From Candidatus Lutacidiplasmatales archaeon (GTDB taxonomy: Archaea; Thermoplasmatota; Thermoplasmata; Lutacidiplasmatales; UBA184), in the NCBI GenBank assembly GCA_044451945.1, contig JBIOKR010000005.1, positions 4,573-68,572 of the forward strand: a stretch of DNA of 64,000 nt, read 5' to 3'. Below the pieces are notes generated by a model. That model saw nothing but the letters and a program-made list of their open reading frames with translations. It did not search any database and was not told where the DNA came from. Positions 29,018 through 39,408 of this stretch are shown piece by piece. A program made the position numbers and the translations under genes. The number at the start of each line of letters is the position of its first letter. The stretch's first letter is position 1.

Positions 29018-29701
29018 ATGACGATGGCGATGCAGTCGATGCAAGCGGCGGACAGAGAGAAGCTTCACACCGGCACCACGACCATCGGCCTCGTCTGCAA
29101 GGACGGCGTCGTGCTTGCGACGGAGCGCCGCGCGACCGCGGGCAGCTTCATCGCGAACAAGTCGACCCAGAAGCTGTTCCGCATCGATTCGAACATCGGC
29201 ATGACGGTCGCCGGCCTGGTCGGCGATGCCCAGGTGCTCGGCCGCTACCTGCGCGCCGAGGTCTCCCTCTACCGGCTGCGCCGCGGGGCGACGATGAGCA
29301 CCGAGGGGGCCGCGACACTTCTCGCGAACATCCTGAGCGGCAACCGCATGTTCCCCTACTACGCCTGGCTGATCATCGGAGGCTTCGACCTCAAAGGCGG
29401 CCACGTCTTCTCCGTCGACCCGGCGGGCGGCTCGATCGAGGACAAGTACGTCTCGGTCGGGAGCGGCTCGACGTTCGCCTACGGTATCATGGAGGAGGGG
29501 TACAAGTCCGACCTCTCGGTCTCCGACGGGGTGGACTTGGCGCTCCGCGGCCTCACGGTCGCCATGCGACGGGACAGCGCGAGCGGCGACGGATACATCG
29601 TTCACACGATCACGGCCAAGGAGTACAAGGAATACTCCGAGGACGAAATCAATAAGCGCTTGAAGGCGCTCAAGATTCCACTGCCCCCGACCCTCCCGTA
29701 G
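29018..29701 (+). CDS. psmB: Proteasome subunit beta
   Basis: Propeptide cleavage site TG/TTTIG, ATERRAT, GSGS and RDSASG. Confidence 0.96.
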   Translation: MTMAMQSMQAADREKLHTGTTTIGLVCKDGVVLATERRATAGSFIANKSTQKLFRIDSNIGMTVAGLVGDAQVLGRYLRAEVSLYRLRRGATMSTEGAATLLANILSGNRMFPYYAWLIIGGFDLKGGHVFSVDPAGGSIEDKYVSVGSGSTFAYGIMEEGYKSDLSVSDGVDLALRGLTVAMRRDSASGDGYIVHTITAKEYKEYSEDEINKRLKALKIPLPPTLP

Positions 29702-29764
29702 GGTCCCGGGCGCCCGTTCGCGGGCCCAACCGATTCCGCCAACCTGTTCCCATTGCACGGTCCT

Positions 29765-31669
29765 ATGAGTTTCGACGCGTTAGTCGACCAGACCCGGGAG
29801 GCTCTCAAGGAGATCCTACCGGACACGGTCGAGGTCACCGACATCCAGCTCGAGGGCCCTCACATCGTCCTCTACACCAAGCAGCTCGATTCGTTCCTCT
29901 CCGGAGGCGACCTCCTGCGCCAGATCGCCCAACGGCTGCGCCGCCGCGTCCTCGTGCGGACCGACCCGGAGGCGCTCATCGACCCGAAGGAGGCGGAGCG
30001 GGCGATCCGCGAGCTCATCCCGGTCGAGGCGGAGATCAGCGCGCTTTATTTCGAGCCCGAGACCGGCGAAGTCGCCATCGAGGCGGCGAACCCAGGGGCG
30101 GCGATCGGCCGCCAGGGCGCGGTGCTCAACGAGCTCAAGCGGAAGATCGGTTGGGTCCCGACCGTCGTCCGGACTCCCCCGATCCCCTCGAAGACCGTCG
30201 AGGAAGTGCGGGTGCACCTTCGCAACGTCTTCGACGAGCGCCACTCGTTCCTCAAGAAGGTCGGCGTCAGGATCGCCCGGGACCGTCTTCCCGAGAAGAT
30301 TTGGGCGCGGAGCACGGCGCTCGGGGGCTACCGAGAGGTCGGGCGCAGCGCGCATCTCCTCACCACGCAGAACTCGAAGGTGCTGATCGACTGCGGCATC
30401 GACCCGGGGTCGGACCGGACGCCCTTCTTCAACGCCCCCGAGCTCCTCCCGCTCGACTCCCTCGATGCGGTCGTCGTGACGCACGCCCACCTCGACCACT
30501 GCGGTCTCGTGCCGGTCCTCCTCAAGTACGGCTACCAGGGCCCGATCTACTGCACGCTCCCGACGCGCGATCTGATGACGCTCATGCTGCTCGACGCGAT
30601 CAAGGTCACCAACCAGGAGGCCCGCAAGGGGCTCTACGACTCCTCCCACGTCCGCGAGATGGTCACGCGCACGATCCCGCTGCGCTGGGGCGAGACGACC
30701 GACATCGCTCCGGACATGCGGCTCACCATGCACAACGCCGGACACATCCTCGGCTCCTCGATCTGCCACTTCCACCTCGGGGACGGCGACTACAACCTGG
30801 CGTACAGCGGCGACATCAAATTCGAGCGGAGCTGGCTGTTCAACCCGGCGACCAACCGCTTCCCGAGACTCGAGACGCTCATCCTCGAATCAACGTACGG
30901 CGGGTATCGCGACGTCCAGCCGAGCCGTCAGCAGGCGACCGAGGATTTCAGCGCGCTCGCCTCCAAGGTGCTCGACCGCGGCGGGAAGCTCATCGTCCCG
31001 GTGTTCGCGGTCGGCCGTTCCCAGGAGGTCATGCTGGTCCTCGAGGAGCGGATGCGCGAGAAGCGGATCCCCCGGGTCCCCGTCTACCTGGACGGCATGA
31101 TCTTCGAGGCGACGGCGATCCACACCGCGTACCCGGAGTACCTCAACAGCCAGCTGAGGACCCAGATCTTCCAGCAGGGGGACAACCCGTTCCTCTCCGA
31201 CGTCTTCCACCGGGTCGACTCCCAGCAGATGCGCATGGGCATCCTCGACTCGAAGGAGCCGTGCATCATCCTCGCGACCTCGGGGATGATGAGCGGCGGC
31301 CCGGTGATGGAGTACTTCAAGGCGTGGGCGCCCGAGGAGAAGAACGGGCTGCTCTTCGTCGGATACCAGGCCGACGGGACGTTCGGCCGCCGATTGCAGC
31401 GCGGTCTCTCCGAGACGACGTTCATGGACGGGAGCCGGCAGTACGGCGTCCCGGTCCGTCTCGAGATCGCGACGATCGAGGGCTTCTCGGGCCACAGCGA
31501 CCGGGTGCAGCTGATGAACTACGTCGCGACCCTCGACCCCAAGCCCCAGCGCATCATCCTCAACCACGGCGAGGAGTCGAAAGCGCTCGACCTCGCGACG
31601 AGCCTCCACAAACGGTTCAATGTCGAGAGCCGGGTACCCTACAATCTCGAGGCGATCCGCCTCCTCTGA
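29765..31669 (+). CDS. Beta-CASP ribonuclease aCPSF1 (FttA)
   Basis: N-terminal KH domains, LGGYREVGRS, THAHLDHCG, AGHILGS, ESTYG and GFSGHSD. Next to psmB. Confidence 0.95.
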   Translation: MSFDALVDQTREALKEILPDTVEVTDIQLEGPHIVLYTKQLDSFLSGGDLLRQIAQRLRRRVLVRTDPEALIDPKEAERAIRELIPVEAEISALYFEPETGEVAIEAANPGAAIGRQGAVLNELKRKIGWVPTVVRTPPIPSKTVEEVRVHLRNVFDERHSFLKKVGVRIARDRLPEKIWARSTALGGYREVGRSAHLLTTQNSKVLIDCGIDPGSDRTPFFNAPELLPLDSLDAVVVTHAHLDHCGLVPVLLKYGYQGPIYCTLPTRDLMTLMLLDAIKVTNQEARKGLYDSSHVREMVTRTIPLRWGETTDIAPDMRLTMHNAGHILGSSICHFHLGDGDYNLAYSGDIKFERSWLFNPATNRFPRLETLILESTYGGYRDVQPSRQQATEDFSALASKVLDRGGKLIVPVFAVGRSQEVMLVLEERMREKRIPRVPVYLDGMIFEATAIHTAYPEYLNSQLRTQIFQQGDNPFLSDVFHRVDSQQMRMGILDSKEPCIILATSGMMSGGPVMEYFKAWAPEEKNGLLFVGYQADGTFGRRLQRGLSETTFMDGSRQYGVPVRLEIATIEGFSGHSDRVQLMNYVATLDPKPQRIILNHGEESKALDLATSLHKRFNVESRVPYNLEAIRLL

Positions 31670-31742
31670 GCCTGCGCTGGACAAACCTATATATCGCGCA
31701 CCGGGTCCAACGACGGCGACGCTGGGAGCAGGTACCGGGTCG

Positions 31743-33248
31743 ATGCCGCAACAGCGACGGCGGTTCCTGGTCCTCGGGCTCGACGGCGGCACTTTCGACC
31801 TTCTGGACCCGCTCATGCGGGCCGGCCACCTCCCGTTCCTGGGCCGCCTCGCCTCGAAGGGGCTTCGCGCCCCGTTGGCCTCGGTCTACCCCCCGAAGAC
31901 GATCCCCGCATGGTACTCCTTTGCGACCGGCCAGGACCCCGGCGCCCTCGGCATCTTTGGCTTCACGGAGCCGAACGGTGGACCGGGAAAGAGTCGGATC
32001 GTCCAGACGTTCCGGCCGGCGGAGGCGTTCTGGGACCAGCTCTCCCGACAGGGCGTGCCGGTCGGCGTTCTCAACTTCCCCCTGAGGGCCGGCTACCCTC
32101 TGAACGGCTTCGTGGTCCCCGGCATGCTCACCGAGAACGCCCCGACGTTCCCGACCGACCTCAAGCGCAGCCTCGAGGCGGAGCTCGGCGAGCCGTACAT
32201 GCCCGAGCTCCCCGCCTACCGGTCCTCCCGGCGCTTCGAGTGGATGGAGCTCGCTACCCGGGGAGTCGTCCAACGGGGCCGGGCCGCGGAGATCCTCCTC
32301 AGGATACACCGCCCGGACTTCCTGTTCGTCCTCTTCCGGGAGACCGACCGGATCCAGCACCAGCACTGGGGAGAGCTCACCGGGCCCCGGGGGAAGGTCG
32401 GCGCCGACCTCGTCACCTTCTGGCGGAGCGTCGACCAGGCGTGCGAAAGGATCGACGAGGCGTTCCACGCCCAGGGGGGCCCCGGCGTCACCCTCGTCAT
32501 CTCCGACCACGGCCACGGTCCGGCGCGCTCGGACTTCTTCACGAACCGCTGGCTGCTCGACGAGGGGTTCCTGAAGTTCAAGAACGGAGGCGACAGCTGG
32601 AAGCGAAAGGCGCTCTCGACGATGCTGCTCGCCACCGAGAGGTTCCGCCCGGCCCGCGCCATCGTCCGGCCGCTCGCCGACCGGCTGCGCGGCGGGGCGG
32701 GCCGGGAGTTCGTCGGGCGGATGGTCGCCGGCGACATGAGCTTCGAGGCGATGGCCCACCACATCGACTGGGAGCGGAGCGAGGCGTTCTCCTACCCAGT
32801 CCCCGAGGGGATCTATCTCAACCGCTACAATCCAACTCTGACCCCCGAGCGCGGCGCCGAGGTGACGCGGGAGATCCGCGAGCGTCTCGAGCGGTACAAG
32901 GAGGCCCGCGTGGAGGTCTTCGAGCCGAGGGAAATATACAAAGGGTCGAACCTCAAACTCTCCCCTGCCCTTCTGTTGAGGATCGATGATCTCGCCACCG
33001 AGCTTCGCATGGACTTCAGCTACCGGGCGCCGATGCTCAAGGAGCGACCCGGCTTCTTCTACGGGACCGGGGTCCACCGCATGAACGGGATCCTCATCGC
33101 CTACGGCGACGGTATCCCGACGCAGCGCGTCGAGGCGCCCCTCTCGCTGCTCGACGTGGCGCCGACCGTTCTCGAGGGGATGGGCGTCGCCGTCCCCGCG
33201 GCGATGGGCGGCCGGTCCTTCGGCTCCCGGCTAAGCGCCGGCGCCTGA
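31743..33248 (+). CDS. Alkaline phosphatase superfamily (nucleotide pyrophosphatase/phosphodiesterase type)
   Basis: LGLDGGT, PPKTIPAWYSFATG, ETDRIQH, ISDHG, GVHRMNG and DVAPT. TATA box CCTATATA at about 31686. Confidence 0.88.
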   Translation: MPQQRRRFLVLGLDGGTFDLLDPLMRAGHLPFLGRLASKGLRAPLASVYPPKTIPAWYSFATGQDPGALGIFGFTEPNGGPGKSRIVQTFRPAEAFWDQLSRQGVPVGVLNFPLRAGYPLNGFVVPGMLTENAPTFPTDLKRSLEAELGEPYMPELPAYRSSRRFEWMELATRGVVQRGRAAEILLRIHRPDFLFVLFRETDRIQHQHWGELTGPRGKVGADLVTFWRSVDQACERIDEAFHAQGGPGVTLVISDHGHGPARSDFFTNRWLLDEGFLKFKNGGDSWKRKALSTMLLATERFRPARAIVRPLADRLRGGAGREFVGRMVAGDMSFEAMAHHIDWERSEAFSYPVPEGIYLNRYNPTLTPERGAEVTREIRERLERYKEARVEVFEPREIYKGSNLKLSPALLLRIDDLATELRMDFSYRAPMLKERPGFFYGTGVHRMNGILIAYGDGIPTQRVEAPLSLLDVAPTVLEGMGVAVPAAMGGRSFGSRLSAGA

Positions 33249-33263
33249 CGGAGCGCTTCATCC

Positions 33264-34418
33264 ATGTCGTGGAAGGTCGACCTGTTGGCCACCACCGCGC
33301 CGGACGACCCGACCTCGGGACTGAGCCGGACCGTCTACTCGCTCGGCGAGTCGCTCAGCGAGCGTGGCCACACCGTCCGCATCCTCTACCCGTCGAACTC
33401 GGCGCCGCCCCCCCAGGGTTCGAGCCGGGTCAAGTTCGTGCCGGTCCCCGACGCCGGCGCCTCCCGGCGTCCGTTCGGTCGCGACATCGTCATCGGGAGG
33501 CGGGCGAGCGAGCTCTTGGACCCCCACGCCGACCTGTTCGTCGGCAACGACGAGAAGGCCGGGGCCCTCACGATGCCGGCGAAGAACGGGACGAAGCGGC
33601 CGGTCTTCGCCATGTTCGTCCATGACGTCTCGCTCCACACCTTTGACACGCTGCGCCCGCTCGAGCCGAACCGGGGCCTCCGCCAGAAGCTCGGCAACTA
33701 CCTCGACCGCCGGGCGCTCTTCAAGCTCGAGGGGACCGCGATCCGGGAAGCCGGGGTCATCGTCGTCGGCTCCGAGCTCAACCGGGCGCTCCTGGAGCGC
33801 TACTACCACCCGGACCCCTCGAAGGTCAAGCTCGTCCCCCACGGGGTCCCCGACCCGATCCCGGTCGGGACCCGGGAAGAGGCCCGCCAGGCGCTCCACG
33901 TCCCGCTCGACGTGCAGGTCGTCTCGTTCATCGGCCGCAACCCCGAGCGCCAGGGACTGCCGGTCGCCCTGCAGGCGTTCCGGCGCGTGCGGGCGTTCTT
34001 CCCCGGGGCCCGCTTCCTCGTGGTCGGTTCGAGCGTCGCCGCCGAACCCGGCGTCATGAGCCTGGGGGTCGTCGACGAGCGGACGAAGGCGAGGGTCCTG
34101 ACCGCATCCGACGTCTTCCTCTTCCCGGCGCGCTACGAGGGGTTCGGCCTCGCCCCCCGCGAGGCGATGCGCTACGGCGTCGCGACGCTCGTCAGCCGCC
34201 ACGTCCCGATGGAGGGTGCGGGGGCGAAGGGGGCGGTTAGAGTCTGTCCGGGCGACGACCCCGGCGACTACGCGAGCGAGCTCGCCGAGCTCCTTGCCCA
34301 GCCCGCGCTGCGGCGCGAGATCGGGGAGAGCGGGCGAGCCTACGCGGACTCCTTCAGCTACGCCCGGATGGCCGAGCGGGTCGAGACGGCGCTCGCCCCG
34401 ATCCTTTCCTCCCGTTAG
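33264..34418 (+). CDS. Glycosyltransferase family 4
   Basis: VPHGV, FIGR and DVFLFPARYEGFGLAPREAM. Confidence 0.88.
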   Translation: MSWKVDLLATTAPDDPTSGLSRTVYSLGESLSERGHTVRILYPSNSAPPPQGSSRVKFVPVPDAGASRRPFGRDIVIGRRASELLDPHADLFVGNDEKAGALTMPAKNGTKRPVFAMFVHDVSLHTFDTLRPLEPNRGLRQKLGNYLDRRALFKLEGTAIREAGVIVVGSELNRALLERYYHPDPSKVKLVPHGVPDPIPVGTREEARQALHVPLDVQVVSFIGRNPERQGLPVALQAFRRVRAFFPGARFLVVGSSVAAEPGVMSLGVVDERTKARVLTASDVFLFPARYEGFGLAPREAMRYGVATLVSRHVPMEGAGAKGAVRVCPGDDPGDYASELAELLAQPALRREIGESGRAYADSFSYARMAERVETALAPILSSR

Positions 34419-34975
34419 CCCGGGCCCCGGTCCGCCTCCCGCGGCATCTCGGGCTCCGGGAACTCCTCGAGCCGGTAGTCGCGCGCGCTGCGCCGGCCGG
34501 ACGCCGAGGAGCGGTCGCTCACCCCCCAGCGCACCCCTTCCGGGAGCACGCCGGCCTCGAGCTCGTCGAGCATCCGGGAGAGGGCGCGGGCCAGGTCAGG
34601 GAACGGATTCGCCTCTCCGTGGTCGCGCCACGGCTTGGGCTCGCGCAGCACGGTGAGCTTTTCTCCGGTGACGACGAAGACGCCGATGCGCTCTCCTTTC
34701 GCCCGGCTCCCCCGGCCGAGGAGCTTTCTCGCCAGGCTCTCCCTCGGCAGGGCGACCGCGACCCAATCGGCGAACCCACGGCGTCGCACCGCCTGGGCGA
34801 ACAGTTTCTTCCAGTCGTACAGCTTGAGCTCGACGAGGCCGACCTCGGCGCCCCGCCGACAGACCAGGTCGAAGTAGTCCGAGCCGTCCGGGTCGACCCA
34901 GACCCGGTACCCCTTCCCGGCCAGGTAGGCGCACACCGCCGGGGCGAGCTCCCGTTCCCGATCCGGGACCGGCAT
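34415..34975 (-). CDS. PD-(D/E)xK nuclease-fold protein
   Basis: ERELAPAVCAYLAGKGYRV...YFDLVCRR..VGLVELK...AQA: helix-1 Glu, then Asp, then ExK, then Gln. Confidence 0.65.
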   Translation of the reverse strand: MPVPDRERELAPAVCAYLAGKGYRVWVDPDGSDYFDLVCRRGAEVGLVELKLYDWKKLFAQAVRRRGFADWVAVALPRESLARKLLGRGSRAKGERIGVFVVTGEKLTVLREPKPWRDHGEANPFPDLARALSRMLDELEAGVLPEGVRWGVSDRSSASGRRSARDYRLEEFPEPEMPREADRGPG

Positions 34976-34998
34976 CGCCCTTGGGCGGGGCCAGGCGC

Positions 34999-36774
34999 TC
35001 ACGGCCCGGCCCGAAGGAACCAGCGGTCGAGCCGCGTCCGCTGGAACCGGACCATGATCGGGCGACCGTGCGGGCAGGCGTAGGCGGCGCCGGGTAGCTC
35101 GTAGAGCGATTCCAGGATGCGGGCGAACTCCTCGGGGCTGAGCGGGTCCCCGGCCCGGACCGAGCCGTGGCAGGCGATCGACGCGCGCACCCGGTCGGCC
35201 GGGTCGTCCGGAACGGTCGGCCGGGTCCCCCCGGCGAGCTCGTCGAGGAGCTCGAGGAGTTGCGCGACCGGGGCGAGCCGGCCGTGGTACACCGGGACCG
35301 AATGCACCCGGTAGGAGTCGCCGCCGAACGGCTCCACGTCGAACCCCCCGGAACGCACCTCGTCCCCGCGGCTCCTCAGGGCCTCCGCCTGCGGGGCGGT
35401 CAGCTCGAGGCGAACAGGGCTCACCAGCTCCTGCCGGGGAAGGGCGCCCTGCGCCCTCAGGCGGTCGAACTGCAATCGCTCGCTCGCCGCGTGCTGGTCG
35501 ACGATCACGAGCCCGTCGTCGCTCTCGGCGAGCCAGTAGAGGTTCGCGATGCACCCGAGCAGGTAGAGCCTCGGGTGCCGTTCGTTCCCCCGGACCTCCC
35601 GACGGTGGGCGAGCGGAGAGAGCGGTCGCACGGAGGAGCCGACCCGGGGGAGCGCGACCGAAACCGGCCCGGTCATCGGCTCCGGGGAGAGGTCGTCCAA
35701 AGTGCGGATCGCGGGGGGGGCAGCCACGCCGGACACGGCCGTCAGTGGCTCCGAGACGGCCGGCGCCGCCAACAGCGCGGCCCGCACAGCCCCTCGCAGG
35801 AGGTCCTCTAGATCGCGTTCCCGTGCGATCCGGACCTCCCGCTTCGTCGGATGGACGTTGACGTCGACGCGGGACGGGGCGACCTCGAAGTGGATGACGC
35901 CCACCGGGAACCGCCCCTTCGGCAGGTGGTCCGCGAACGCCAGGGCGACCGCCCGTGAGAGCCCGCGTGAGACGATCACCCGGCCGTTCAGGGAGAGGTA
36001 GAGGCCCGTGGAGCTCGCCCGGGATATCGTCGGGCGTCCCAGGATGCCCCGCAGCCTGAGCCCGTGCTCCCCCTCGGCCTTCAGCGCGAACGACTGCTCG
36101 AGGAACTCCGGTCCGAGCGCATGCCCCGCGGCATCCGAGAGCTTCGCGGAGGGCGGGAATCGGGCGACCTCCCTGTCCTCGGAGAGGAGCGTGAGGCCGA
36201 CGAGGGGGCGGGCGAGGTAGAGGCGCTCGATCGTCTGCAGCACCTCGACCTGCTCGGCGGCCGGCGCCCTGAGGAACTTTCGGCGGGCCGGCGTGTTGAA
36301 GAACAGCTCCCGGACCTCGACGGAGGTCCCCGGGGCGCGCCCGGTGACGAACCCCTCGGGGCTCCCTCCCCCGATCACGAGGAGCCCGTGGGCCTCGTCC
36401 GTTCCGGGAGGTCGAGAGAACAATCGGAGCTTGGAGACCGCCGCGATCGAAGCGAGCGCCTCACCGCGGAAGCCCAAGGTCGTCACCTCCGAGAGATCCT
36501 CCGGCCCTGCGAGCTTGCTCGTCGCGTGGCGCTCGAGCGCCATCGTGAGCTCCTCCGCCGGGATCCCCGAGCCGTCGTCCTCGACCTCGATGAGCTCGAG
36601 CCCGCCGCCGGCCAGGCGCACGAGAACCTCTCCCGCCCCGGCGTCCAACGCGTTCTCGACGAGCTCCTTGACCACCGACGCGGGACGTTCCACGACCTCC
36701 CCGGCGGCGATCCGTAGGACGGTTCGGTCGTCCAGGCGCCGGATCGGCCGGCGGGTGATGGCAGAAGCGCTCAC
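34999..36774 (-). CDS. mutL: DNA mismatch repair endonuclease MutL
   Basis: IAAGEVVERPASVVKELVENALDAG, GFRGEAL, DVNVHPTK, DQHAASER and CPHGRP. Confidence 0.96.
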   Translation of the reverse strand: MSASAITRRPIRRLDDRTVLRIAAGEVVERPASVVKELVENALDAGAGEVLVRLAGGGLELIEVEDDGSGIPAEELTMALERHATSKLAGPEDLSEVTTLGFRGEALASIAAVSKLRLFSRPPGTDEAHGLLVIGGGSPEGFVTGRAPGTSVEVRELFFNTPARRKFLRAPAAEQVEVLQTIERLYLARPLVGLTLLSEDREVARFPPSAKLSDAAGHALGPEFLEQSFALKAEGEHGLRLRGILGRPTISRASSTGLYLSLNGRVIVSRGLSRAVALAFADHLPKGRFPVGVIHFEVAPSRVDVNVHPTKREVRIARERDLEDLLRGAVRAALLAAPAVSEPLTAVSGVAAPPAIRTLDDLSPEPMTGPVSVALPRVGSSVRPLSPLAHRREVRGNERHPRLYLLGCIANLYWLAESDDGLVIVDQHAASERLQFDRLRAQGALPRQELVSPVRLELTAPQAEALRSRGDEVRSGGFDVEPFGGDSYRVHSVPVYHGRLAPVAQLLELLDELAGGTRPTVPDDPADRVRASIACHGSVRAGDPLSPEEFARILESLYELPGAAYACPHGRPIMVRFQRTRLDRWFLRAGP

Positions 36775-39395
36775 CCGGCGCCGTCCCGCGGGGCAGCGAG
36801 GCGAACTCTCCAGTCGCTCAGCCAGGCGAGCGCCTCGAGCGGTGTCATCCGGTCAAGGTCGAGCGAGCGGAGCGCCTCCTCGAGCGCCGAGGGTGGCGCC
36901 AGGGCCTCCGCCGGCAGTAGCATCGCCTGGGTGTAGCCCGTGGTCCTGCGCCGCGCCGCGCCGGAGGGGGCGAGGGAGATCCCGCCGGCTTCGAGGCGCT
37001 TTAAGAGGCGCGTCGCCTCGGCGACGACCTCCGGGGGCATCCCGGCGAGCTTGGCGACGTGGACCCCGAGGGAGCGGTCGGTGCTCCCCGGGACCAGGCG
37101 GTGGAGGAACGCGACGTCGTCGCCGCGCTCGGCGACCGCGAGATGCGCGTTGCGGGCGCCCGAGAGGCCCTCGACGAGCTCGGTGAGCTGGTGGTAGTGC
37201 GTCGCCAGGAGCGTGCGGCAGCGCAACCGGTCATTGAGGTGGCGCAACGTCGCCCAGGCGAGCGCCAGGCCGTCGAACGTGCTCGTCCCGCGGCCCACCT
37301 CGTCCAAGAGGACGAGTGAGCGCTCGTCGGAGTCCCTGAGGATCTCCGCGACCTCGCTCATCTCGACCATGAAGCTCGACTTGCCGCGGCCGATCTCGTC
37401 GGTGAACCCCATGCGGGTGAACAACGACGAGACGACCCCGATCCGGGCGAACTTCGCCGGGACGAAGGCGCCCGCCTGCGCGAGCACGACCAGGAGCCCG
37501 ACCTGCCGCATGTACGTCGATTTTCCGGACATGTTGGGTCCGGTCAGCACGAGGAGCCGGTCGTTGGCGCCGTCCAGCTCGGTGTCGTTCGGCACGAAGC
37601 GGCCCGACAGCGTGCGGTCGAGCACCGCGTGTCGGCCGTCGCGCACCTGGAGCAGGAGGCTCTCGTCGACGACGGGGCGGATGTGCCCTCGCTCCTGGGC
37701 GACGAGGGCGAAGGTCGCCAGCGCGTCGAGCTCGCCGATCGCCCGGGAGATCCGGTGCAGCTTCGGGACGCACTGGTCGATCTCGTTGAGCAGGGATTCC
37801 CACACTTCGGCCTGCAGGGTGCCGACCGACTGCCGCGCGCCCAGGATCTCCGTCTCGAGCTCTGCGAGGCGGTCGGTCGTGAACCGCTCGGCGCCCTGGA
37901 GTGTCTGCTTGCGACGGAAGTGCGGTGGGACCTTGGCGAGGTGAGGCCGGGTGACCTCGAAGTAGTAGCCGAAGACCTGATTGTAGCCGATCTTCAGCGA
38001 GCGGATGCCGCTCGCCTCCGACTCCCGCTTCTCGAGGCGCTCGAGCTCACTGAGCGCCTTCTCCTCTCCCGAACGACGGCGGTCGAGCTCCTCGGAGAAG
38101 CCGGTGCGGAACAGCTTCGGGTCGTCGGCGTCGACCGCGACCGGTTCTTGGATCGCGGAGCGCAGCCGGTCGACCAGCTCCGGGAGCCGGTCGAGACGGG
38201 AGGCGAGGCGCTCGGCCATCGGGCTCAACGGGGCGCGCCCGAGCCAGGCCCGCACGCTGGAAAGCGCCTCCAGGCTCTCCCGCAGGCTGACGAGCTCGCC
38301 GGGACGCACCCGCCGCCCCGCGACCCGGGAGGCGATCCGGGAGAGGTCCGAGACCTTGGCGAGCTCCTGTCGAAGGCTGAGCAGCTCCGCCCCGCGCTCC
38401 TTGAGCGACTCCACCGCATCCTGACGGTCCCGGATCGCGGGTACGTCGGCGAGCGGGTTCTTCAGCCAGAAGGCGAGGGCCCTTCGACCGGGGGCGGTCA
38501 CGCTCTCGTCCCAGGTCCCGATCAGCGTCAGGCCACCCGGGTCGTCCGGGTTCATCGGTCGGCTGATCTCGAGATGCCGAAGCGTCTTCGGGTCGAGGAT
38601 CAGGCGTCGGACCCCTGCGGTGCGCTCGAGCGGTTCGAGGAACGGGAGTAGCCGGGGCTGTGTCGCCCGCACGTAGGCGGCGAGGCGGCTCGTCACCTCG
38701 CCGACCGGCCCGCCCGAGCGGCCAAGAGGCGCCAGGAGCGTTGGGAGCTCGTCGGTCGCCATGGGCTCGGGCGCCCGGTCGAGGCGGGCGGAGGGGAACT
38801 CCCGGTGGACCGCCGTCTCCAGCTTCGAGACCGATTCGCTCGAGCGGGCGTCGAGCAGGATCTCGCGGGGCGAGAACGGGGCAAGGGCGCTCAGCAGGCG
38901 GTCCAGCCCCCCCGATTCGACCGGCCCAAAGAACAGTTCGCCGGTGGTGATGTCGCACGCGGCGTACGCCGAGGGTCCCCTCTCCTCCCAGCGCACGGCG
39001 GCGAGGAAGTTGTGGTCGGCGCCGGGGAGGATCCGCTCCTCGAGCACCGTTCCCGGCGTGACCACACGGGTCACCTCCCGACGGACGAGCCCCTTGGCGA
39101 ACCGCGCGTCCTCGACCTGGTCGCAAAGCGCGACCTTGTAGCCCTTCTGGACGAGTCGACCGAGATAGCTCTCCACGGCGTGGTGGGGTACCCCGGCCAT
39201 CGGGGTCCGGTCGCCGCGGCCGTCCGGTGCCCGCGCGGTGAGCACGACCTCGAGCTCCTTGGCGAGCAGCTTGGCGTCGTCCCCGAACGTCTCGTAGAAG
39301 TCGCCGACGCGGAAGAGGACCAGGTGGCCGGGGTAGCGGGCCTTCACCCCCTCGTACTGTTCGAGGAGCGGAGAGAGCGCCGCCGAGTCCGCCAT
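36771..39395 (-). CDS. mutS: DNA mismatch repair protein MutS
   Basis: FRVGDFYETF, TPGT, TGPNMSGKST, SFMVEM, DEVGRGTS and ATHYH. Confidence 0.96.
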   Translation of the reverse strand: MADSAALSPLLEQYEGVKARYPGHLVLFRVGDFYETFGDDAKLLAKELEVVLTARAPDGRGDRTPMAGVPHHAVESYLGRLVQKGYKVALCDQVEDARFAKGLVRREVTRVVTPGTVLEERILPGADHNFLAAVRWEERGPSAYAACDITTGELFFGPVESGGLDRLLSALAPFSPREILLDARSSESVSKLETAVHREFPSARLDRAPEPMATDELPTLLAPLGRSGGPVGEVTSRLAAYVRATQPRLLPFLEPLERTAGVRRLILDPKTLRHLEISRPMNPDDPGGLTLIGTWDESVTAPGRRALAFWLKNPLADVPAIRDRQDAVESLKERGAELLSLRQELAKVSDLSRIASRVAGRRVRPGELVSLRESLEALSSVRAWLGRAPLSPMAERLASRLDRLPELVDRLRSAIQEPVAVDADDPKLFRTGFSEELDRRRSGEEKALSELERLEKRESEASGIRSLKIGYNQVFGYYFEVTRPHLAKVPPHFRRKQTLQGAERFTTDRLAELETEILGARQSVGTLQAEVWESLLNEIDQCVPKLHRISRAIGELDALATFALVAQERGHIRPVVDESLLLQVRDGRHAVLDRTLSGRFVPNDTELDGANDRLLVLTGPNMSGKSTYMRQVGLLVVLAQAGAFVPAKFARIGVVSSLFTRMGFTDEIGRGKSSFMVEMSEVAEILRDSDERSLVLLDEVGRGTSTFDGLALAWATLRHLNDRLRCRTLLATHYHQLTELVEGLSGARNAHLAVAERGDDVAFLHRLVPGSTDRSLGVHVAKLAGMPPEVVAEATRLLKRLEAGGISLAPSGAARRRTTGYTQAMLLPAEALAPPSALEEALRSLDLDRMTPLEALAWLSDWRVRLAAPRDGAG

Positions 39396-39408
39396 CTCGG
39401 CCCTCGAC

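Noticed and set aside
29018-31669. psmB-aCPSF1 adjacency
   Set aside because: Well-known conserved archaeal gene order; not novel.
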